Below, piece by piece: positions 35,838-47,000 of a stretch of DNA of 64,000 bases. Below the pieces are notes generated by a model. The model searched no databases. It was not told the origin of the DNA and saw only the letters and a list, made by a program, of their open reading frames with translations. Position 1 is the stretch's first letter. Each line of letters begins with the position of its first letter. The DNA lies in contig JAQGDQ010000020.1 of assembly GCA_030141605.1 (NCBI GenBank), forward strand, positions 1,054,001 to 1,118,000, read 5' to 3'. Source of the stretch: Tubiluchus corallicola (lineage: Eukaryota > Animalia > Priapulida). The translations under genes and the position numbers were made by a program.

Positions 35838-37905
35838 TTGTTGTGAATTGAAAGTTGATTTATAAAGTTTTTACTGAGAGGGATAACTTAGTGTTTGTGT
35901 AACTGGTTTATTAATACATATACCATATATTCCAATTTGTGTCTTTGTAGTGTGATACATTTGTGAAATTATTTCATAAAGTTTTGGTCAAATTGATTAA
36001 AATCGTAAGGCACTGGCACTCGTCATTATGTAGCTTACAGTTACACATTATTCATTAATTTTCGACAAGTAGATGTACGTTCTATTTTTCTTAATCAGCC
36101 CGCCTGATTGTGGATTTAAAATCAAAGTTTTGTGATTTTGCAGTTTGTTTCTGAGGGACTCTCATTCTTCATAAATTCATTGGTGAATTCTTCGTAGGCT
36201 TACCAATTTTCGTTGACTTTCGAATTTGCAGCTGCTCATATCTTGTGGATTACCTTATTTGAATTTCCACCTCAGTCTTTAAACATCATCATCTCATTGT
36301 TATTTGTCAATGTAAATTACTTCAATGTTATGCAACGTGCTCATGTTGATACGGATTAGCGCATCCAATTCCATGTATCGCCAGATTTTCATATACTTCT
36401 ATTAAATGTAACTTTGGAGTCTTTTCAATAGTTTCTTTATTGACCATTTTACATATTGTCAGCAACTCTTCCAGTCTTCATTATGAGGTGTGCGAAATTC
36501 CTTGTAAATATGCTTTTCTTCTCCTTGGCCAATTTACAATTTGTGTGAACTATGCAGCAAGTATACTTATTTATCCAACACTACAGTTATGCGGTATTAT
36601 TCACCACAGTGCACTGCTAGTATGTACATGAAATCCTATAGTGTAGGTGCACTTCAGATTGACTTCAGCTGCTGGTTGAGATGAATATTGTTCAATGTTT
36701 TGCCATGTTGGTCTCTCAAGTTTACATGATGATTACTCCATGGATGTGTTGCTCCATACCTGCAATACCTGCATTAGTACAAACTTGTAACTTGTGCTCA
36801 ATTTCTGTGACATTCTGAAAAGTGATTATTGACATCAGTTATAAACCTTCGCATAAGCAGCTATTTTCCTCGAACCTTCTATATTAGCGACATATTCTTA
36901 AAAAAAGCATGTTAGAAAACAAAGATTATCCAAATGATATCCGTGCCTATGGGATCTTCGCGTGCGAAGGCGATGAACAATTACATTTTAATTTTGCTAT
37001 AACCATCTAGTTTTGAATGAAAATGTAGTTTTGTTTAACACTAGAGATCATTCAACTCCTGAACTCATGTTGCAACAACTGTTGGATAGGAAATTAATGT
37101 ACTTCGACTAAAAGTATAAAACTTGACATTGAAGCCTGCTGTGTGCTGTTGAAATTCATGTAGGCCGGTGTCACACATAGCTGAACATAATCCGTAAGGC
37201 ATAAGATGTGAGGTCAAAAAGCCGCCTCGTGAAAAATAAACGTATGCTAACCAATGGTCCCTATGACACAGATTATCCATTAGCCATCTTCCGTCTACCT
37301 TGGTTTGCCTACCGTAAGCCATCAGTCATAATCTGCAGTAGGCTCCTTATAAGCCGTTTTGAGCTGTTCAAAAGGCGCCTTATGGCAAAATGAATTTGGC
37401 CATTAACTTCATTTGCCATAAGGTGTTTTTCTATCACTAATTGGAAAACTAAAGTAATTAAGCTTTTTTCTATGCACAATTCATTTATATCATAAGAATT
37501 CATAACACTGATGTATTATATAAACATTAATAAGCGTTTTTAACCCACAACACTTATTTATGACAATGCACATATAAATGTATACTATATGATCACAGTG
37601 AAGTTTTTTTAGTAATTTTTCTGTCTACATATATTGGTTGAAAACTGATTTGTACCTCTCACCAAAAACGGATTATCTCAAAATGCCTTGCTAGTTACAC
37701 ATAACGTAGCGCGTACTGTGGATTACGACATGCGCCGTATGCAAGTTGAAGAACATCACGTGGCTTACGAATTGTGGATTACACCTTGCTACCTTCTCTG
37801 TGTAACACGGGCCTTAAGTAGCTGCTATTGCTAACAATGAGTTTAACTAAAGTGGTAGCAATCATATCATTGATATCCTATTTGATTTTCTTTTTTCAGA
37901 CTCTT

Positions 37906-37938
37906 TGTACATAGTGCATTTTGTATATACTGTATATG
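37906..37938 (+). promoter_or_regulatory. Cluster of Pumilio-type elements (UGUANAUA) in the 5'UTR abutting the start codon
   Basis: TGTACATA 37906-37913, TGTATATA 37922-37929, TGTATATG 37931-37938 overlapping the ATG. Confidence 0.6.
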
Positions 37939-38037
37939 ATGAGCACAGCCGGCACACAACGTGCTAACAGAACGAAGGAGAAGCAAATTAAAAATCCAAC
38001 ACAGACAAATGTTACTAAATCTCCCGGGCCCCCACAG
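37936..38037 (+). CDS. UBAP2L: UBAP2L first coding exon; exon starts at 37900
   Basis: MMSTAGTQRANRTKEKQIKNPTQTNVTKSPGPPQ|gtatga. Confidence 0.87.
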
Positions 38038-41000
38038 GTATGAGTTTTTAGAACTTTTACCAGCCTTTATTTTACACGTAGATCTACTGTTTCTGTATAA
38101 CATCATACATAATTTTAAATAAAAGTTGAAAGATGCAACTTGTCATGGTTAATCAAAATTTTCATCGCCTCGCAGGTCTTAATTTTGTGCACAAGGGTAA
38201 ACCTTACTAGATGTACTCTGTTCATAGTTCTTTACGATATTGTGATGCAATCTGTAACCCTAGACGATGTTCAAAGAAACTCTGGGGAAGTTGCAAAAGA
38301 GAGTATACTAAAATATATGTGAAGTAAGCTCTCCTCACTTTTTACGGACGTTCTAGATTAGAATCTGTCTAAAAAGTGACAGTCAGATTTACAATTTTTT
38401 ACCTGTATAAGCGGAATACAGTCACATCTTGGGGGATATACCTTTCATGTATTCAGGATATTCACCTTTATATGTCTTTCCTAATTTATAATGATGACAT
38501 GTAAAATTTGTTTACATAAATAAATTTACACTACCAGTTGTGCAAAAAAGCTGGTCAAATGTGTAAATTGCAAACTTGTTAAAAACATGCAAATTCTGTT
38601 TTTTTTGTTTAAGAAAACTTGGTATGGAAAAATAGAATTAAACTTGTTTTGTATTATGAGAATTGTCCACCACTTTGATACTCAAGTTGTCTGCAAGGTT
38701 GTTCGCGCTAATTGTAAACATTTTTGTGCATGCGCGCGCTGTACTGTACCATACCTTGTGATTATCTGTGCATTCATGTGTACTTGTCAGTATCATCTTA
38801 ATTTCCTTTCCGAAAGGCAATTTTGAGCAAGTTTGCTTTAAAAATAGCAAGCGTTTTAATTTGTTCAGAAGCTGTGTGATTCTTTTGATATATGCGCTTA
38901 TGGGTACTTATTAGCTATTAATTAGGTACTTAATGACTGCTTATGGTTGCTTCGGAGACTGCTGATTATGAGCAATTCTACCGTAGGTGATTACTAGGTT
39001 AATCGAATTAATCGCGGCTAGAATTTACAACCATGTATAAATTGATATAATTGACAATCGAGATTAATCGAAAGCAAAATCATATGTGTCACATACTGAC
39101 TAAAAGATAGTATTTAATCACAAATAAACGGAAACTGATTTTTCTCTTCATTTTTCTTGCCTTACACAATGCTCACAATTGCCCAACCACAGTGTTGCAA
39201 ACTGGGGGCTTCAAATTCATTGACATGTGTAGTGACATAGTCATAGGGTGGTTAATGAAAAACGGTGAAAAACCGTCTGTAAAACTAGTTTGCGAATATA
39301 AAAATAGCGAACAGCGATAAAAGCTGTGAAGAAGTTATAGGCTCACTAACTGTAATCATTGAGAAATATAACTGAAACACTAAAACATTGCTGCAAAAAG
39401 GTTAATTGTGATATCGAACTACAAGAACAAGGTTATAATAGAATTACAACATTTCAAAATCGCTCGACACTAAGGGTTACTATAACTTGCTTGATCGAGT
39501 AATCTCATGGTAAATACAAGAATGGAACTGCCCTTGTTGCAAAAAATGATGAGTGAGGGCTCTAATGATGCTTTAATCTAATCTGGTTTGATTGCGTGCA
39601 AAGATCCTTCCTTACCTATGTAACTAAAAACCAAAGCTGAATTTGGTATTTCGCCACGTGTATAATCATTGCGCTTGCGTCACACACAATTGAAAAGATT
39701 CCCGAACTTGCTGTAACCTCTCTGACAATGTTCTATTCTTGATAATTTGCAGCAAATATGAAGCCTTCGTGAAATATTGATTTGCTTGTGCCAGTCAATG
39801 CATGTTTATTATGAGCTGACGGTTACAAATTAATTATTGATACCAAATTAATTATTAAACAAGAATGATGCTTGTTTTGTCTAGCATGTTTAAATGTTAA
39901 GCAAGGCTTGTACTAAAAACAGCACTTTTTTAAATGCTGCCCAGTGGTATTCTAACATGCTTCACTTTATTGGGTACATGTAGGTCATAGTATTGATTTT
40001 ATTAATGAGCTTAGAAATAATTTAAGAGCCCCTTTTTATAGGCATTTTGGTGAGTCATTGGATATTTCGTTTTCAGATGCATTAATTTTAAGTTTCCCAT
40101 ATGCTCACAATTGTCGGTTTTTATATGGACACATGGTTTATTTTTAATCGCTTAGTGTTTTTTTGCAAACTGTACAATATTAAAGTGATCACAGTTAAAA
40201 GTTATAAGTGGCATACTTTTTGTTAAAATTGAAGTTGAGTTGGAATTTTGCTGACAAATTGATTTGAAATTTAAGCAGAAATTCAATTTTGTATGTCGTG
40301 TGTGTAAAGTCGCCGACATATATTAATATACAACTGCATTTTAGCCAAGCTAAGTTGTTGGTAATCATTACCACAGTGCCAGTGTTAGTTGTATGCACCA
40401 TTGTTTACTCAGTTTTGTTATTGTTTACGTGTATCTAGGCAACACAAGAACAAATGAGAATCGCACAGATGATTACAGCGAGTGACGGGGATGATACAGA
40501 ACTCCAACAGAAGATTAAACAGGTAAGTTTGTAAAAGACTAACTTATAAGTTGTTCAGCAGTAACAGTTTGCACTCCATTAAGACTTGTTTAAAAGCACA
40601 GTGAACGTCCCTAATCGATGTTTAATGGCAAAAGTAAATTTAAGACCTCAGCGTTTCATTTTATTTAAAATACAATTCCAATTGAATTGATTAATTTAAC
40701 ATGGTGTACTAATCGTGCTGCAATCTCCAAAGGTTTCAGCTGCCCGCCGTCATACAAACAAAAATGTAGCATCACTTTGAATACATTACCATTTGCCTGC
40801 TTTTGCATGTTACCTGTGGCCCTCTTTCTTTTGTGCAGTTTATTTGATTCCTGTTATATGTATTTCATATATACAGCTTGTATTTCCATGTCACTGAAGT
40901 ACTTCTGCAACTAGTAACCTATTACTTGATGTTTGAAAAGTAAACTGGTTAATTGTTGTAGTAAAGCATTTTGAAAGACAGATTGTTTTCCTTATGCAAT

Positions 41001-44000
41001 TGAGAATATAGTTTTCTTAAACTTGCTGTAACTTTGTAACCTTTCAGCTAATTTATAAAACAAATGAAGTAAGAGCAAGAGCTTTCATTTGCTACATAAT
41101 CCAAGCATCTATGTTAAAATTTTTCACCATCGCAGGGGCTACTGTTGGAGGCATTCACTACCCACTTGTAAACGTGTAACAGAACTTTAAAACTTTAAAA
41201 ACTTGAAGAATAATTTTAATTTAACGTTTTTAGTGAATAAGTAGCAGTGTTGGAATAGTTCCTTATAAAGAAGTGAACTTGACATAGAACTAAATTTATC
41301 TGGAGATTTGTGGAGATAGAAATCAAGTGTCGATTAGGTTTGGATGGAGTCGGAGCATGACTCCAGCATAAAACAATGCATTTTGCAAAGCTCAACTTTT
41401 AAGTCGCGCTTCTACCATGCTTCTAATTTACAGCCTGGAAGCAAAACATCGAGCATGCAAAACGTCAAATTTTCTAATGAATTTTAGTTAAATTTACATC
41501 ATTGCATAATAACCTGTGATAGCACGTGTGCGGTAATATAGTACGTCCATGATAATCAATAATTAGCTTAAGTTGGATGGGGATAGCGGTGCTATTTTTA
41601 TGATAGCGTCGACGGCGACAGCAGTGTTAAGTCATCATTGGTTGTCATTGAAACATCAAAGTCTGTTGTTGGGATTAGCCTTGAAATTCAGCCGTGATAT
41701 TATACAAAGCAAACAGCCGAAACTGTTGTTAACTAATGTAAAACCTTGGAAGTTTATTGAAATACCTGTATAGAAGTACCCTTCTAGTAAACGGTTGCCA
41801 GGAATTCTCATTAGAACATGTCACTTGCACAGCCCGTAGTTTATTAACCATTTTTCATCTCAGCGTTTTCTATCAAATTTTCATTTTTTTTCATTTCTGT
41901 GGAAAATTCTGCTTTAGGTTTTTTACTTTTTTCTTTTGAGTTGTGCAAAATGTTACTTGTGAAACTAAACTGCTTTATATAGTTTTTTTACATCATATCA
42001 AGTTAACATAATTTTTCTTAGCCTTTTCTTCTAATGTTATGTTATTTATAATGTCTTCCCTGTTACTTCGAAATTCCGGAACATTTTAAACGTTGTTTCA
42101 AATTTCAGCATTATAATTATATGTTTATTTTCTTGTGGATTAAAGTTTGTCACTTCCGTTGCCAGTGCTGATCATTAGACTCACGTAAATTTGCTCTTTC
42201 TGCAGGTTGTGGAACTAACTGGTCGATCGGAGGACCAGGCTGCCGTCGCGCTGCATGACTGCTATGGTGACCCAAACAGAGCTGTAAATACATTACTGGA
42301 AGGAGACGCCGACAAAGTAGGTGATTTTAAGAACAATAAACCCGTTTCTGGCGTAATGTATCAGCCATTGTCCCTCTGAACTCGCTGGTAGATGTGAGCA
42401 TTCTGTATCAGAAAGCGAACGAATCGGATTTTCGGCGTTTGAAGTAGAATTCATATTTTGTTTAGATACTTTCCAAGAAATTTTCTAATCATAAATAAAA
42501 AGCAGTCAGACAGTGATCATGCATATTGCTTGATTTTCTTCTGCAGTAAAAACACTAATAATTTGTTTGATCATTGTTCACAGAAATTGCGAAAAACTGT
42601 GCTGATGTTTCAAATGTTTTCCTTGATCAAGAAGATATGCATTTGAATCCATAATTTTAGATTCTCACCCATAGACAACGGCGGGGGGGGTCAAAAATCA
42701 GGTTTGTTACGCTCTTGGTACCGATGCGTCGACAACAGCAGCAAAGGCTGCTTCCGTCTCATGAAGAAGTGATGGAGAAGTAGCATTTTGAAATATTTGG
42801 GCCATGCCCAAAAATATCCCGGGGGAAGGGAGATCTAGAAAAACACTCCATTGGTGTTTCAATGTAGTTCCCCAATATGCATCTGTACCAGATTTATTTG
42901 CAGCCAGATCCCTCATTACAAAGCTTTAGCATTTTTGTGAAGTGCGTGGAATAATGACAACAACAATGCAAGTAAGTACTTGACACTGTAGGACCAACTG
43001 TTTTGCAGCTGAATTTTTGATGATGCCTTGAGACACTTGTATTATATTTTAACCATTACAAGAAACTGGGATTACATCGTTAGATGTAAGAATTTAGTAA
43101 ATCGCTTATTTTAAGTAGTTTTTGTGCTATCAATTGATCGCACTTTATATGAAAACTTGTTAGCGCAGTTGACAGTCTGGAAACCCTGTGGTCTCTTAGA
43201 GACAGACCATGATTTGGTGTCTTAGCAACAGACCATGATTCAGTCTCTTAGCAACAGACCATGGTTCGGCCACTTAGCAACAGACCATGATTCAGTCTCT
43301 TAGCAACAGACCATGGTTCGGCCACTTAGCAACAGACCATGGTTCGGTCTCTTAGCAACGCACCATGGTTCAGTCTTTTAGTAACAGCCGTGGTACTGTC
43401 ACCTACTGTAATGTGATGAATGTGACAATAAAATGGTCGTGTATTCCAGGGACAATGGGAGACATCCGGGAAAAAGAAAAAACCGAAATCACAGCAAGCC
43501 GCAGTTCCTACCACAAAATCAACTCCGGATTCTAATCATGTCGGAAAAGAGGGTCGGCCGGATCGGGGAGAAGGTCGACCCGAGAAGAGTCGAGATCGTG
43601 GTTCCTCCGAGCGAGAGATGTCTAATTCCAGAGGCAGAAACATAGCGCCACGTTTTGCACGGGGCGGTAAGACATGTGAGTATTATTTTGTACTGTATTA
43701 GTTAGATTAATTGTCGGGAAGTAGAATGTCTTGGGTTCAAGTCCTGCCAATGGAAATGAATATTTTCAGACTTTCTAATTTGTATTGCTTTTGTGCTTTT
43801 ACCTGATTTAGTAACTTTCTTTTGTTTGTTGCTGTGAGCACTGCAGCTTATTATACCTGGACATTGATTGTCACTAAATTTTGTGGAGATCATCGTTTGT
43901 ATGACTCAAACCAGTATTGTTCTTATGAAACCTGATGTCAAGCTTCTAGAGAGCCAGTTTGATGAAATCAGTTGACGAGAGTCTGTCGTGTTTCGTGAAA

Positions 44001-47000
44001 TAAACTTTTAGTGATCCTTTAGTGGATAAACTTGATCTTAATCATGTTGCACTTGTACTGACAAATTTACTGTAGGTTATCGAATATTCAGTATAAATTT
44101 ATTTTGAGTTCAAGTTTATTTTACTTCAGCACAACACACAATTATTACATCATCATAGCAAATATACATTTTGAACAAGATTATTTACAGCGCAAGAAAA
44201 CCTTCCACTTGCATAAAGCTTAAAAAATTTGTCTCAAAATTTTATACCACTTACATACTACATTTTCGTATGCATGGCTTGCATCGGCCATAACCTTGTA
44301 CAAAACGGGTAAATTTAAACTTGCGCGATAACCTTTAGACGCAGCCATTTTAATGGTATGTCGTTTGAAACAAGTTTTGATAACATTAAGTAAAGTTTGA
44401 AAAAGTAATCAGAGCATTCGTAGCATACATGTTGCTAATTAAGTAAAATTTTAAATTACTGTATCTTGTCAATAAGATTAAAAATACGATTTTTGGCTAG
44501 TGAGTGGCGCACCCTGGAGGGTGAGTCAGCAACATTTTACCAATTGGCACAAACATTTTAAATTATTAGTGTAGTTACATAAGTCTTTCCAGCAGGTAAG
44601 TGAAATGCTAAGTAATATAGATTTGCACTGAAAGTTTTTTGGGACATAATTTAACATTGTCTTTTACTCCTGATTTCCGTGGCGTAGTGACGTCATGTAT
44701 TGGCGCCGTCGGAACAGTATTGCGGGAGATTTAAAATGAAAACAAACGAAAATTCCTTTCAACGCGAATACGATATGTGCATAAAATTGCTGTAAATTAG
44801 TATAATTTTTAAGGCGTTTTTTAAAGCTATTTCAGGTTCCCCTTTTCTTGTTCTTTAAACCTTGACGGGGTTCCCACAGCCAGGGAAAATTCTGGAAAAT
44901 CCTTGAAAATGCAGGCTATACTGGAAAGTCAGGGAAAAAGATCATTTGGTAAAAAGTCGTGATTAGTGATTAGATTAGTGTAATTTCCCTAGCACTACTG
45001 CAGCTGTACCGACATATTATATATCAGCATATGTATGCATGTTCTTACACAAGAATGTTTGAATACGTGTACTGGTAATGCAATTTCTGCTTATCTTGGT
45101 CATGGAAAATCAATATTTGGTTAGGGAAAAGTCATGAAAAAGCCTGGGAAATTTATTTTAAAATTCTATGGGAACCCTGCTTGATCACAACGAGCCACTG
45201 TGTCGCAAATTACTCTGAAAACAGAGCTTGTCAGAGTGATTTGTCACTAAGAAGGAAAAGATTACAAAGAAAAAATATGCGGTGAATCAGTTAAAAATAG
45301 AACAAATTAAACTGTTTGTTTAAGTTGTTCAAAAAGAGTCAGTAAGGAGGGGTTGTGGTCACTATGATAGGAATGATTGAAGCCAGAATTGTAATATAAT
45401 TAATTACATTAATTGCAACGTACTGTAATGTAATTGTTGTAATTTAATTAAAGTGTAATATAATTGATTGTAAAAATTGTAACGACAAAATTGCTAAAAA
45501 TTTATATATTGGCTAAATTTTCTTTCAACACTGTAGCCCTGGTAAGCACTTTTGGAACTATTCGCACCGTAATGAGTTATTTAGGGCAAATCGGCTTTTT
45601 CTTCATTTTACCCTTTTCATGTTATCATCTCTGAAACTCGAAGATGATGGAAGGTTGTTCGCATTGCTTTTATGTGTAAACAGAGAACTGAAACGTTAGT
45701 ATCTGTTAGTGCTACAAGTATTACTTTGTGAGTGCACTATCTGCCGCATGTGTTCTTATGGAATAATATTTCTAAGATGCCTGATGTTAAAGTGCATGGA
45801 GTTCTAGTGGCGGTGAACTCAATAATTCTTCATGTGTGAGATGATAAGAGATAGACTTTGGCCATTTCCTTATTTGCTGCATTATAGCTGAAGAAAATAT
45901 TGGTTTTAAGCATGGAAATACTGTAAACCATGTATACATTTGATGCTGAAATTTAGGTTAAACTATGGGAAGCCGGAAGGCCAAGTGCTGAATTTTAAAT
46001 ATTTGAATACTAGAAAATTTTTAAGCTTATATTGACAATGGTTAATGGACCTAGCCACTACTTTAAAGGCCAAGAAAAGGCAATTGTAAAGTGTCCTCAA
46101 AATATTTCCACACAAAGTTATGGTACTTAGCATTACATTACTGCTTGAAAGAGTTATGTAACTAGAAAAAAGTCGTAGTAATTTAAAATGTCCTTGCCAA
46201 CTGGTAAAATGTCATTGACTCACCTTCCCAGTGACTCGCCATAAAACGCATTTTTAACTTTTATTGATAAGATGTAGCAATTTATATTTTTCCTTAGTTA
46301 GTGAAGTGGACGCTCCTGATGCCCTGATTATTTTTTAAAATTTTACGCAATGTTATCTAGACTTGTTTCAAATTGGCTGCACTTGATGATCATCACAGGA
46401 TTTAAAATTTTCAAATTTTGTTCAGCTTTGCTGCTAATGTAAGCCCTGTGCCTGATGAGACAGTATGTAAATTATACAAAATTTCAACTTAATTTTTTTT
46501 AACTTTCTGTAAATATAAGAGTTTTCTTGTGCCTTAACATTCATTTGTTATAATTGCAATATACGTGACATTTATTATAAATCACTGAAACCCCAAGGAA
46601 TTATTTTGCTTGTAAGCTAACTTTTCCCCAACAGCAAATTAGAAATAAACAGTAATAACTAAACGAATAAATAGAAGCACAACTGAATTGACAAGATACA
46701 ACTGAAGGGAATTTTGCAGAAAAGTGAAATTAGAATTAGATTTTTGCAGAAAAGAGCTGTGTTGTTGCACAGGCCAAAGTTCACAATAGATACAGTAGTT
46801 TAAGTTACATTTTAGAAAACGTCTAATTTAACGTTTATACCAGGTTTACCGTTACAGACAAATCGTATATTTCATGTTTATTAACAGGGCAAGCAAAAGA
46901 GAACGAGTTCAACGAGAGAAATGAGCAGAGAAACTTTTCCGACTTCTCCGATCGGCCGGAGCGAGGGCGGGGTCGCGGGAGCGGTCGAGGTAATAACCGC

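Noticed and set aside
36150-36900. Degenerate coding remnant on the - strand
   Set aside because: There is no ORF or recognisable motif.
39000-40000. Decayed hAT transposase
   Set aside because: Only faint motif hints (QWYSNML, TTAATCG subrepeats) are present, which is insufficient support.
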